A stretch of 64,000 nucleotides of DNA, from the NCBI GenBank assembly GCA_046045965.1, contig JBJOKS010000004.1, forward strand, positions 128,001 through 192,000, written 5' to 3'. This stretch comes from Cyanobacteriota bacterium. Lineage in GTDB: Bacteria; Cyanobacteriota; Cyanobacteriia; Cyanobacteriales; Nostocaceae. This document shows positions 44,140 through 53,810 of the stretch, in pieces. A program made the position numbers and the translations under genes. Positions within the stretch are counted from its first letter, which is position 1. Each line of letters starts with the position of its first letter. The notes under the pieces are model-generated. The model searched no databases, was not told the origin of the DNA, and saw only the letters and a program-made list of their open reading frames with translations.

Positions 44140-45264
44140 GTGGTAAACGTCTTAAGTAATCTTAGTAATCTTGGTAAACTCCTTGGTAAATCTAAGAAAG
44201 GTGTTGGAATTGAACTAGCACCAGATCGAATGAACATAGTTCAACTGCGTAAGCAACGCCAAGGCTTAAAAATAGAATCATTGACAACATTCCCAGTGCC
44301 AGAGGGAATCATTATAGATGGTCAGATTAACGATTCTCCCAGGATGGCGGAACTTATCCAGCAAGCAATGGCTGAAAGCAAAATCAAAGCTTCCCGTGTT
44401 GCCACTTGTATACCCGGACGAGATGCGATCGTTCGTGTCATTCCTGTACCAGCTGAGTTGGATAATAAAGAGTTGCGTGAGATGGTGCTGAACCATGAAG
44501 CCGCATTATATTTGCCTTATCCACGAGAAGAAGCTGATGTAGATTATCAAAAATTGGGGTACTTTGTAGACGAGGATGGCATTGAAAAAGTACAAGTTCT
44601 TTTGGTTGCCACTCGCAAGGAAGTGACAGATAACTATATTAATACTTTTGCCGAGGCTGGATTAGCTGTTGATGTTTTAGAGATTAACAGTTTTGCACTA
44701 ATTCGGACTATTCGTGATCAGTTGCGGCTATTCGGACCCCAAGAAGCAGCGGTTTTAGTTGATATTGAGTTTGACAGCACTGAAATTGCCATTATTATCA
44801 ACGGAGTCCCACAATTTTCCCGTACAGTACCTATAGGTACATATCAACTGCAAGCGACTCTATCTAGGGCGATGAATTTACCCACATCACGAGAGATGGA
44901 TATGTTGATGGATATGACTATTCCCTCACATCCTCCAGATGCTGGTAAAACTGGGATTACTGGTGGTAATCCTGGTATGGCTCCTATGTTAAAAGTATTG
45001 GGAGAATTATCAGATGAACTGCGCCGTTCTATAGATTTTTATATCAACCAGAGCGAAGGTCTAGAAGTAGCGCAGATTTTACTAGCTGGTACAGGTGGAG
45101 GACTGCAACAATTGGATGAATTCTTTACTCAAAGATTAGGTTTTCCCACTACCCAAATAGATCCCATCAGAGATTTATCTTTGCAAGTAGATGCTGAAAA
45201 ATATCCCCCAGTGCAACGCCCTGGTTTGGGGATAGTGCTTGGTTTAGGAATGCGGGAGGCATAA
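44140..45264 (+). CDS. pilM: Type IV pilus assembly protein PilM
   Basis: Actin-like GIEL, VLLVATRK, ELRRSIDFY, LAGTGG; first gene of the pilMNOQ cluster. Confidence 0.93.
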   Translation: MVNVLSNLSNLGKLLGKSKKGVGIELAPDRMNIVQLRKQRQGLKIESLTTFPVPEGIIIDGQINDSPRMAELIQQAMAESKIKASRVATCIPGRDAIVRVIPVPAELDNKELREMVLNHEAALYLPYPREEADVDYQKLGYFVDEDGIEKVQVLLVATRKEVTDNYINTFAEAGLAVDVLEINSFALIRTIRDQLRLFGPQEAAVLVDIEFDSTEIAIIINGVPQFSRTVPIGTYQLQATLSRAMNLPTSREMDMLMDMTIPSHPPDAGKTGITGGNPGMAPMLKVLGELSDELRRSIDFYINQSEGLEVAQILLAGTGGGLQQLDEFFTQRLGFPTTQIDPIRDLSLQVDAEKYPPVQRPGLGIVLGLGMREA

Positions 45265-45268
45265 CACA

Positions 45269-46063
45269 ATGTACAGTCTAGATATTAACTTTCTCAAAGA
45301 CCGATCACCAGCTGAGTTGAATGAGAATAAACCCGTTAGACAACCAATTAATATCGAAGAGTTCAAACCAGCATTGTTGGGTGTCGGTGTGGGTTTATGT
45401 TTTCCCGCTTTGATTTTTGTTGGTTTGTGGTTTTTACAAGGCCAAAATAAGCGGTTAACCCAAGAAATTGCAAAAATAGAAAAGGAAGGTAAGGACTTAG
45501 ATGTTAAATTAGCAGACATTAAGAAAATTAAGGATGAAACGGCTGGTGTAAAAGAGCAAACACAAGCCTTAGTAACGGTGTTTGATCAAATTCGACCTTG
45601 GTCAGCAATGTTACAAGATTTACGCGATCGCATTCCCGCGAATGTGCAGGTGGAAAATGTCAAGCAAATTCCACCTGTAATTGAGAAAAATGCCCAGTCC
45701 AGCAAGGAAAAAAAACCTAGCAATCCTGCGGGACTATTAGAAATTAGTGGCTATGCTCGCTCTTTTGGTGATGTCAATGACTTTCTACTGAGTATGGGAC
45801 AATCTAAGTTATTGAATGCCGCAGACAGCACAATTAGTACAGCAGAGTTGGTGGATGCACCACCCATCACTGGTGCTATTCCACTTGATGAGACTAAATC
45901 TGAAGAGAAAATTAAACCGCCTCAAGTGGTTAAATACACTATTAAAGCTAGTCTGAGTAATGTACCAGCATCTGAATTAATGCGTGAGTTAGAACAAAAA
46001 GGCACAGTCGGATTAGTAGATAGAATTCGTAGCCTGCAAAAAACAGGAGCCATTGCCAAATGA
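45269..46063 (+). CDS. pilN: Type IV pilus assembly protein PilN
   Basis: DINFL N-terminal motif, TM, coiled coil, WSAMLQDLRDRIP. Confidence 0.92.
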   Translation: MYSLDINFLKDRSPAELNENKPVRQPINIEEFKPALLGVGVGLCFPALIFVGLWFLQGQNKRLTQEIAKIEKEGKDLDVKLADIKKIKDETAGVKEQTQALVTVFDQIRPWSAMLQDLRDRIPANVQVENVKQIPPVIEKNAQSSKEKKPSNPAGLLEISGYARSFGDVNDFLLSMGQSKLLNAADSTISTAELVDAPPITGAIPLDETKSEEKIKPPQVVKYTIKASLSNVPASELMRELEQKGTVGLVDRIRSLQKTGAIAK

Positions 46064-46848
46064 CACTGAGTGATGATCTAAGTTTTTCTCAAAATAGTGG
46101 TTTTGATGATGCCTCATCATCCTATCCCGTTGCTTTTGGCGTTACTTTTACACCCAAAATTATCGGCTTTGTTGTGGGTGGCTTGGGGTTTCTGGGTGCT
46201 ATCTATATGATAGTAAACATGGTCATGCCAGCTTGGGAAAATTTTCAGAAGTTGCAAACACAAAATAATACCCTGCAAACAGAAGTTGAGCAAAAACGGC
46301 TACAAGCTAAACAAGCCGATAAGGTACTAGCAGATTTAGCTCAGTCTAAGCAGCAACAAACCCAAGTTTTATCCTTGTTTGCTAATGAAACAAGTTTGGA
46401 TACATTGCTATTAGATACCAGTCGCTTGGTAGAATCCAGTAATGGTCAAGTTCTGGGAAGTAATGCCATTAGAGCCAAACTCAAAAAGTTTATACCAACA
46501 GGAGATCAACCAGAAATAATCACTGATGGTAGTCTGGGAGAAAAAGTTAACAATAAGCTCAAACGCCAAATTATCGAGGTAGAAATTGAAGGCAATTTTG
46601 AACAAACTCAGGAAATTATGCGTGAAATAGAGCGTTTACAGCCTTTGTTACTCGTTCAAAACTATGATTCAAAATTGGTACCACCAGAGGAAGAAAAGTC
46701 CGATGACAAAAAGCCAGCAGTGCGAACAGGAATCGGAAAACTTTCAACTGCCTTTGACTTAGTGGCATTAATGCCATTAACTGCTGAAGAACTGGCAGAA
46801 ATAGCAGCAGAAGCAAAAGCGAAAGCCGCTCCACCACCTAAGAAGTAA
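46060..46848 (+). CDS. pilO: Type IV pilus assembly protein PilO
   Basis: TM plus coiled coil, EGNFEQT...IERLQPLL; operon position. Confidence 0.88.
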   Translation: MTLSDDLSFSQNSGFDDASSSYPVAFGVTFTPKIIGFVVGGLGFLGAIYMIVNMVMPAWENFQKLQTQNNTLQTEVEQKRLQAKQADKVLADLAQSKQQQTQVLSLFANETSLDTLLLDTSRLVESSNGQVLGSNAIRAKLKKFIPTGDQPEIITDGSLGEKVNNKLKRQIIEVEIEGNFEQTQEIMREIERLQPLLLVQNYDSKLVPPEEEKSDDKKPAVRTGIGKLSTAFDLVALMPLTAEELAEIAAEAKAKAAPPPKK

Positions 46849-46975
46849 CCATCGAAAGTCTTGAGTGCTGATTTGTAATTTGAATGCCAATTTAATGTAC
46901 AATAGGTTACTTTGAGATTTCCGGTTAACAAGTAGATATACAGACTCGTTTTTATTTAATTGTGAGGAATGAACT

Positions 46976-49378
46976 GTGAAACAAGTTCATAGTAATGTTT
47001 TAATTTCTAGTGCCGCTGCTTGTGTCCTTTTAGCAGCGCAGCCAGTTTTGGCACAGACTACTCAAATTACTGATGTGAAACTAAATCCCGCTGATGGGGA
47101 AATTAGTGTAATTTTAAAGACTTCTGCTGGTGATAAACCCCAGGTTTTCACCACAAAAAGAGATAAAGCCTTAGTCGCAGATATTATTAATACTCAACTG
47201 CGTTTACCGCAGGGTAAGAGTTTCCGCCAAGAAAACCCCGCACCGGGAATAGTATTTGTAGAAGTTAATCAATTAGATGCTAATAGTGTCCGTGTCACCG
47301 TGATGGGTAGTGATAACGCTCCTGCTAGTAAGCCTGTAGTCCGTGAAAACAACAATCTGACTCTCGGCTTTAATACAACTGGAGACGCGACAGCAGCAGC
47401 ACCAACCACACCAACCACAAACACCACAGCATCAGTACCTACAACTCCCGCTGCGACTCCAGCCGTACCTGGTAAACAGCCAGATGTGCTAGTACCTAAC
47501 CCAGAAATAACAATTGATGGTCAAAAAGCACAACCAGCAGGACCAAATCAACCTTTTAACTTAGCACCTCCCTTTTTACCTAGAGCAGTTGCGCCACCAG
47601 TGGGAGATATTACAGTCTCTAACATTGATACTTCTCCGGCTGTGATTGATTTAGGCACTCAGGAACGAGTACCGCGCTTGGTGTTGCGAGATGCACCAGT
47701 GAGGGAAGTTTTATCACTGTTGGCTCGTGCTGCTGGACTTAACCTAGCTTATGTTGGGGCTGACGATGATAAAGAGCAAAAACCTGCGGGTGCTTCTGGA
47801 AGTGGAGTACAGCAAGAAACTAGAATATCTCAAAAAATCTCCCTAGATATAGAAAACGAGCCAGTGCAAGATGTGTTTAACTACGTTTTGCGCTTGAGTG
47901 GTTTAGAAGGGAACCGCAGTGGCAGGACTATTTTTGTCGGTGCAAAACTGCCTAATTCGACCCGTGATATTGTGTTGCGTAACTTGAGGCTCAATCAAGC
48001 AACTGTTAGAGAAGTATCGAGTTTCTTAGTGCGTTTGGGTGCTGAAAGTGCTTTAAATCCTCAAGTACAGACTACTAGGGTGACTGCATTACAGCTTGAA
48101 TCTGAAGAAGGAGGCCAAGGTCAAGGAGGAAATCAGCAGTCAGGTTCCCGCACTCAGGCTACTCAAACAAAGATAGAAGCTGAACGTATTGTCTTTCAAG
48201 ACTCTGTTCCTATGCTTCGGGGTTTACAGGTATTGGGAGATGAAAGAACCAATACTCTTACCTTAATTGGTACTCCTAATTTAGTTGAAATGGCGATCAA
48301 TCAAGTCACTCCACTTGATTTACGTCGTCGTCAAGTAGTGGTTAATGTCAAAATTATTGATGTTAACCTGACAGGAGAGCAACTGACTAACACCAGCTTT
48401 GCCTTTGGAATAGGTGATAATTACTTCTCTGTTGACGGTGGTGCTGCAAGTGCGAATTTTGGAGGTTCAAGGACACCCACCAGCCAAGAAGTTAGAGATA
48501 GTGTGACTCCTACACCGACTACTGTTAATCCTTTAGCATCTGGTGAGCCGTTTATAAACATAGATCCGAATATTGCAAATCCCTTTGGGGGTATCACTGG
48601 GGCTAGGGCTTCGGTAAGCACTGACCCACTGGCAGCTGGTGTCACTTCTCAAACAGTTACTTTCGATGATGCAGGTAGGATTGAGAGTATCGAGCGTGAA
48701 TTCGGTACTGCCAGTTTTTTCCAATTTCCCAGACGATTTCTAGCAAGTTTGCAAGCTCAAGTTACAAATGGTAATGCTAAGATTTTGACTGACCCCACTT
48801 TAATTGTCCAGGAAGGTCAAACAGCTGATGTGAGATTAACTCAAGAAGTAGTAGGAAACATCAGCAACGAAATTGTTCGTAGCGACGGTTCTACCACACA
48901 AACGATAACAGCAGAAAAAGAAACTGTAGGTTTGACCCTATCTGTAAAAGTTGATCGCATTGATGATAACGGTTTTGTGTCCCTATCCGTTGCACCTACT
49001 GTGAGAGCGCCCCAAGCACCGACAAATATTAACATTGGTACTGGAGGATCTCAAACAATCTTTTTGGTATCTCAACGCTCCCTGAATTCTGGAACAATTC
49101 GTTTGCGAGATGGTCAGACGCTGATTCTTTCTGGTATCATTCAAGACCAAGACCGGACAAGTCTGACCAAGGTTCCCATTTTAGGTGATATCCCCCTGCT
49201 GGGTTCGCTGTTTAGAAGAACAAACAGAACCAATGAACGTAGAGAGGTAATTGTATTGCTGACACCGCAGGTAATGGATGACTCAGAGCGTTCTAGCTAC
49301 GGTTATAATTACACTCCTAGTCCCCAGGTGCGGGATGTCCTGGAGCGTCGCGGTTTGAAGGTTCCTGGTAGTCAGTAG
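46976..49378 (+). CDS. pilQ: Type IV pilus secretin PilQ with AMIN domain
   Basis: AMIN N-terminus, DERTNTL, LRDGQTLILSG, KVPILGDIPLLGSLFR, IVLLTPQV. Confidence 0.93.
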   Translation: MKQVHSNVLISSAAACVLLAAQPVLAQTTQITDVKLNPADGEISVILKTSAGDKPQVFTTKRDKALVADIINTQLRLPQGKSFRQENPAPGIVFVEVNQLDANSVRVTVMGSDNAPASKPVVRENNNLTLGFNTTGDATAAAPTTPTTNTTASVPTTPAATPAVPGKQPDVLVPNPEITIDGQKAQPAGPNQPFNLAPPFLPRAVAPPVGDITVSNIDTSPAVIDLGTQERVPRLVLRDAPVREVLSLLARAAGLNLAYVGADDDKEQKPAGASGSGVQQETRISQKISLDIENEPVQDVFNYVLRLSGLEGNRSGRTIFVGAKLPNSTRDIVLRNLRLNQATVREVSSFLVRLGAESALNPQVQTTRVTALQLESEEGGQGQGGNQQSGSRTQATQTKIEAERIVFQDSVPMLRGLQVLGDERTNTLTLIGTPNLVEMAINQVTPLDLRRRQVVVNVKIIDVNLTGEQLTNTSFAFGIGDNYFSVDGGAASANFGGSRTPTSQEVRDSVTPTPTTVNPLASGEPFINIDPNIANPFGGITGARASVSTDPLAAGVTSQTVTFDDAGRIESIEREFGTASFFQFPRRFLASLQAQVTNGNAKILTDPTLIVQEGQTADVRLTQEVVGNISNEIVRSDGSTTQTITAEKETVGLTLSVKVDRIDDNGFVSLSVAPTVRAPQAPTNINIGTGGSQTIFLVSQRSLNSGTIRLRDGQTLILSGIIQDQDRTSLTKVPILGDIPLLGSLFRRTNRTNERREVIVLLTPQVMDDSERSSYGYNYTPSPQVRDVLERRGLKVPGSQ

Positions 49379-49449
49379 ACTGTGCAGATACCCGGATTGT
49401 TGGTAAATCCGGGTTGGAAACTGTCACCCAGCACCCACACAATAATGTA

Positions 49450-49478
49450 TTGACATTGTGTACACGATTAGTTATAGT
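49450..49478 (+). promoter_or_regulatory. Promoter of the TA operon with palindromic operator in the spacer
   Basis: TTGACA-N17-TATAGT; near-palindrome ATTGTGTACACGAT between -35 and -10. Confidence 0.7.
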
Positions 49479-49514
49479 AGGCGTAATGGAGTAATTAAAA
49501 TTCAGGAAACTAAA

Positions 49515-49805
49515 ATGGTAGCTTCCTTTGAAATGGATAATTCTGGACGCAATCAGGTTATTAATATTAGAGTTCAAGAAAAACAGCGTAATTTAATTGA
49601 TTATGCTGCATCAATTCTTGGTAAAACTCGTTCTGATTTCATGTTAGATGTCGCTTGTAGAGAAGCAGAAAAAGTAATTTGTGATCAAACTTTTTTTGCT
49701 TTAGATGAAAAAAAATATCAAGAATTTATTGATATTTTAGATGCACCACCTCAAGCAGATGAGGAACTACGTAAGTTTTTAGCTGCTAAATCACCTTGGG
49801 ATTAA
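49515..49805 (+). CDS. DUF1778 RHH antitoxin
   Basis: INIRV...LIDYAASILGKTRSDFML..AC.EAE...F.L...Y.EF...LDAPP. Confidence 0.9.
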   Translation: MVASFEMDNSGRNQVINIRVQEKQRNLIDYAASILGKTRSDFMLDVACREAEKVICDQTFFALDEKKYQEFIDILDAPPQADEELRKFLAAKSPWD

Positions 49806-49807
49806 GA

Positions 49808-50308
49808 ATGGCGCAGACGAAAATTATAGAAGCTCCTCAACCAATTAATTCTAGCCATGATATATCACAATTCAAATCAAGGTCAGAAACTTTAAATTAT
49901 TGGTTGAGGGAAAAAGCATTTAAAAATGAGGGTGATACTGCCAGAACTTATGTAGTAACTTGTGAAAACAAAGTAATTGGTTATTACTGTTTAGCAAGTT
50001 CTGGTGTATATCACTCAGTGGCTATTAGAAAAGTCAAGCAAAATGCACCAGATCCAGTTCCTTGTATGATCATTGGTAGGTTAGCTGTTGATGAACAATG
50101 GGAAGGGCAAGGTATAGGATCTGGTTTACTAAGAGATGCAATTTTTCGGGTTTTACAAGCATCCAAAATTGTCGGAATACGATGTATTTTAGTTCATGCT
50201 AAAGATGAAGAAGCTAAACAATTTTATCTAAAACATAAATTTAAGCCCTCACCGATAGAACCTTTAACATTAATGTTGCCTTTACAAGATATTGTTGCGA
50301 ATCTTTAA
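49808..50308 (+). CDS. GNAT acetyltransferase toxin (TacT/AtaT-like)
   Basis: ARTYV, IGYYCLA, PDPVP...GRLAVD...GQGIGSGLLRDA, LVHAKD..AKQFY.KH.F. Confidence 0.92.
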   Translation: MAQTKIIEAPQPINSSHDISQFKSRSETLNYWLREKAFKNEGDTARTYVVTCENKVIGYYCLASSGVYHSVAIRKVKQNAPDPVPCMIIGRLAVDEQWEGQGIGSGLLRDAIFRVLQASKIVGIRCILVHAKDEEAKQFYLKHKFKPSPIEPLTLMLPLQDIVANL

Positions 50309-50710
50309 GAAGCATAAACGTTTCATGCAACGTCTTTACAAGGCTTTTCAACTTTGTTTTGTGGTTCATTTACCTGATCTTTACCCAGTCCCCAGTAAAG
50401 AGTCCCCACTCCCCAGTCCCCAATTCCCAGTAAGCATTTATTCCTAAAAATTCCGTGTTTCCAGGGCAACTATGCAGCAAAAAACACAATAAATTCTGAA
50501 ATCTATATAAATTAATGCTTTCATCTATCCACTTCTGGCTACAACACCTTAGAATGATTCATTGAAAAGTCGAGCCAATCTGATTTACAGGGGTTTTGAG
50601 TGTAAATACTCTTAAGGGACGATTTTTGTAATTCTGCCAACAGAGATTTCCGTAAAGATGCGACAGAGTACATCTTGAATAAATCTCAAGTAAACCTCAA
50701 GGAGTTTGAT

Positions 50711-50995
50711 ATGAACAAAGGCGAATTAGTTGATGCAGTGGCTGAAAAGGCTAGTGTGACTAAAAAACAAGCCGATGCTGTCTTAAGTGCCGCCATAGAA
50801 ACTATTATTGAGGCTGTGGCCTCTGGCGATAAAGTCACTTTGGTGGGATTTGGTTCTTTTGAATCACGGGAACGCAAAGCTCGTGAAGGTCGCAACCCCA
50901 AAACTAATGAAAAAATGGAAATCCCAGCAACCAAGGTTCCCGCCTTCTCCGCTGGGAAACTATTTAGAGAAAGGGTAGCACCCCCAAAAGAGTAG
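50711..50995 (+). CDS. hanA: DNA-binding protein HU
   Basis: MNKGELVDAVA...GFGSFE.RERKAREGRNPKT; ATG at 50711 after AAGGAG. Confidence 0.95.
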   Translation: MNKGELVDAVAEKASVTKKQADAVLSAAIETIIEAVASGDKVTLVGFGSFESRERKAREGRNPKTNEKMEIPATKVPAFSAGKLFRERVAPPKE

Positions 50996-51021
50996 GTTCT
51001 GTTCTAGGAAATCTATTTTTG

Positions 51022-52170
51022 ATGCGACAACAAGCACACGGGGGAAATTTAGCTTGGGCAGCGGCATTAGCTGGCTGTTCCCCGGATGCTATTGTCGATT
51101 TTTCTGCTAGTATCAGCCCGTTGGGACCGCCAAAGAGCGTTATTGCTGCGATCGCGTCCCAACTTTGTAATCTTAAACACTATCCTGATCCAGATTACAG
51201 TGAACTAAAACTAGCTCTGGGTCAGTTTCATCAAGTACCTTCTGAGTGGATTTTGCCAGGAAATGGTTCCGCAGAATTACTGACTTTAGCAGGTAGGGAA
51301 TTAGGGCAACTGGCAGCAACAGTTTTAATGACTCCAGCCTTTGGCGACTATTACCGCACTCTAGCGGCTGATAATGCTAAAGTGCTGGAGTTTCCTATTT
51401 TGCGGACTCTTTACTGGGGACTGGGAAAAATTTATTCCTCATTTTCTTCAGATACCCCTTCTAAAAATTGTGGTTTATTGCTAAATAACCCGCACAACCC
51501 CACGGGGAGGCTGTTTTTACGAGATGAGATTTTGCCTTACCTGAAAGATTTTGCTTTGGTGGTGGTGGATGAGGCCTTTATGGATTTTCTGCCTCCTGAT
51601 CAGGAACAAAGTCTGATAGGGTTGGTGCAGGAATATGAGAATTTGGTGATATTGCGATCGCTGACAAAATTTTACAGTCTACCAGGGTTAAGGTTAGGAT
51701 ATGCGATCGCTCACCCTGACCGTCTAGCTAAATGGCAATTATGGCGAGATCCCTGGCCTGTCAATACTCTAGCGGCAGCCGCAGCAATAGCAGCACTGCA
51801 AGATACAGACTTTCAACAACAGACCTGGAAATGGCTACCACAGGCACGAAATCAACTTTTTGATGGTTTAACCTCAATTAACGGATTACGACCCCTAGAA
51901 GGTGCTGCTAACTACCTATTGGTAGAGTCTCAACAGTCAACGTCTGAGTTACAAGAACAATTACTGCGACAGTACCAGATTTTAATTCGTGATTGTCGCA
52001 GTTTTAAAGAATTAGGCGATCGCTTTTTCCGCGTTGCTGTCCGTTCCGAATCTGATAATGAACGCTTAATAGCAGCACTCAAGTCGGTTATCAGGGAACA
52101 GGGAACAGGAAACAGGAAACAGGGAACAGGGAACAGGGAACAGGGAAAACAACTGATAAATGAAAATTGA
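51022..52170 (+). CDS. cobD: Threonine-phosphate decarboxylase
   Basis: HGG, DFSASISPLG, GNGSAE, NNPHNPTG, DEAFMDF, SLTKFYSLPGLRLGY; C-terminus extended by translated heptamer repeats. Confidence 0.9.
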   Translation: MRQQAHGGNLAWAAALAGCSPDAIVDFSASISPLGPPKSVIAAIASQLCNLKHYPDPDYSELKLALGQFHQVPSEWILPGNGSAELLTLAGRELGQLAATVLMTPAFGDYYRTLAADNAKVLEFPILRTLYWGLGKIYSSFSSDTPSKNCGLLLNNPHNPTGRLFLRDEILPYLKDFALVVVDEAFMDFLPPDQEQSLIGLVQEYENLVILRSLTKFYSLPGLRLGYAIAHPDRLAKWQLWRDPWPVNTLAAAAAIAALQDTDFQQQTWKWLPQARNQLFDGLTSINGLRPLEGAANYLLVESQQSTSELQEQLLRQYQILIRDCRSFKELGDRFFRVAVRSESDNERLIAALKSVIREQGTGNRKQGTGNREQGKQLINEN

Positions 52171-53680
52171 CTACGATATTGTAATTATTGGCAGTAGTAT
52201 TGCTGGATATGAAGCGGCTTTAACAGCAACCCAACTACAAGCTAAAGTGGCTTTGGTACAGCCTCAAGTCAACTATGAATTCAATTATCATTACGCACTC
52301 AGCGAACTTGCTAACATTTCTCAGCAGTGCTTTGATATTAATAATCTTGGCATTATTGCCCAAAATAAAACTATTCAAAATATAGAATCTGATATTTACC
52401 TGAATCAGCACATTAACGATACAAAAATACCAGAAAAACCTGGTTGCGTCTATTCTTACAAGCGAGCAAGTTTGTATGCTCAAGGTATTGCAGCAAATCT
52501 CAACCAAATTAAATCCCTTGCTAATTTAGCCACCCAAGGGGTTGATGTCATTATTGGTAGGGGTAAATTTCAATCTTTTCAACAATTAGGTTTTGCGGTT
52601 AATGATAGACTGTTACGCGCCCGTACCTATTTACTCGCTTGTGGTTCACGTCCCAGAATTCCTGATATTGAAGGGTTAAACACTACAGGTTATCTCACTT
52701 TAGCTAATATTTGGCAGACTTTAGAAAAAACAAAAGAAAAATCAAACCCGCCAAAAAATTGGGTAATTCTGGGTGGTTTACCCCAAAGTATTGAAATTGC
52801 CCAAACTTTAGCCCGCTTGGGTTTCAGCGTCAATTTAATATTAAATCATCCCAATGTTTTATCTTATCTTGATCCAGAAATATCCCAATTATTGATAGCA
52901 CAATTAGAAGCTGATGGGGTAAAAGTTTTCACCCAAACAATAGTAACTCAAGTGCGGCAAATTGAAGATAAAAAATGGGTTCAAGCTGGAGATAAAGCTA
53001 TTGAAACTGATGAAATTTTAGTTGCTATTGGACAACAACCAAATATAGAAGATTTGAATTTAGCAAATGTAGGAGTAAAATGGTATCCACGTCGTTTAGT
53101 TGTCAATGAAAAATTACAAACGACAAATCGAAGTATTTACGCTTGTGGTGATATTCTTGGTGGTTATGATATTCCCAACATAGCTAATTATGAAGCTAAA
53201 ATCGCTGTAAAAAATGCTTTATTGTTTCCGAGAATAGCAGTTAATTATTCTTATATTCCTTGGATGATATCTTCTCAACCAATGGTTACACAAGTAGGTT
53301 TAACAGAACCGCAAGCTAAAAGAAGATACGGTAAGAAAGAGGTTTTAGTTTTTAAAAACTATTTTAAATCAATAACAGCAGCACAAATTAAAAATAAAAT
53401 TACAGGTATTTGTAAATTAATTGTTTTGGAAAATGGCAAAATATTAGGTTGTTCTATATTAGGTGCTGAAGCAGGGGAATTAATTAATTTAGTTGCTTTT
53501 GCAATGTCTGAAAATCTGAAAGTTGAGAATTTAGAAAATTTAGCTTCTGTTTATCCCAGCTTCTCAGAAATATTAGCACAAACCGCAGGAGAATGGAGCA
53601 AACAAAGGCTAAATAAAAACCACATTTTACAAGAATTTCTCCAGAGTTTCTTCCATTTTCGCAGAGATTGGAATTTTTGA
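52160..53680 (+). CDS. Pyridine nucleotide-disulfide oxidoreductase-like protein (degenerate MerA/Lpd fold)
   Basis: YDIVIIGSSIAG, LACGSRP.IP.IEG, IYACGD, ILG.SILG.EAGELI; redox CxxxxC not seen. Confidence 0.8.
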   Translation: MKIDYDIVIIGSSIAGYEAALTATQLQAKVALVQPQVNYEFNYHYALSELANISQQCFDINNLGIIAQNKTIQNIESDIYLNQHINDTKIPEKPGCVYSYKRASLYAQGIAANLNQIKSLANLATQGVDVIIGRGKFQSFQQLGFAVNDRLLRARTYLLACGSRPRIPDIEGLNTTGYLTLANIWQTLEKTKEKSNPPKNWVILGGLPQSIEIAQTLARLGFSVNLILNHPNVLSYLDPEISQLLIAQLEADGVKVFTQTIVTQVRQIEDKKWVQAGDKAIETDEILVAIGQQPNIEDLNLANVGVKWYPRRLVVNEKLQTTNRSIYACGDILGGYDIPNIANYEAKIAVKNALLFPRIAVNYSYIPWMISSQPMVTQVGLTEPQAKRRYGKKEVLVFKNYFKSITAAQIKNKITGICKLIVLENGKILGCSILGAEAGELINLVAFAMSENLKVENLENLASVYPSFSEILAQTAGEWSKQRLNKNHILQEFLQSFFHFRRDWNF

Positions 53681-53810
53681 CGCTCCCCGCCTTAAAAGGA
53701 CGGGGATTCTTGTTTCAATGAGCAACCTTGCCCAAACTTGTTACCAAATCTGGGTAGAGGGTCATCTCTCCACAAGCGTTAAAAGTTTCCGTCCGCCCGA
53801 CGGTACTTAA
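53677..53810 (-). ncRNA. Predicted TnpB omegaRNA (reRNA) scaffold
   Basis: Structured region overlapping the tnpB 3' end and ending at the right-end TCAA, as established for TnpB loci; 5' boundary approximate. Confidence 0.6.

Noticed and set aside
44140..49378. Missing pilP in the pilMNOQ cluster
   Set aside because: Normal arrangement in cyanobacteria
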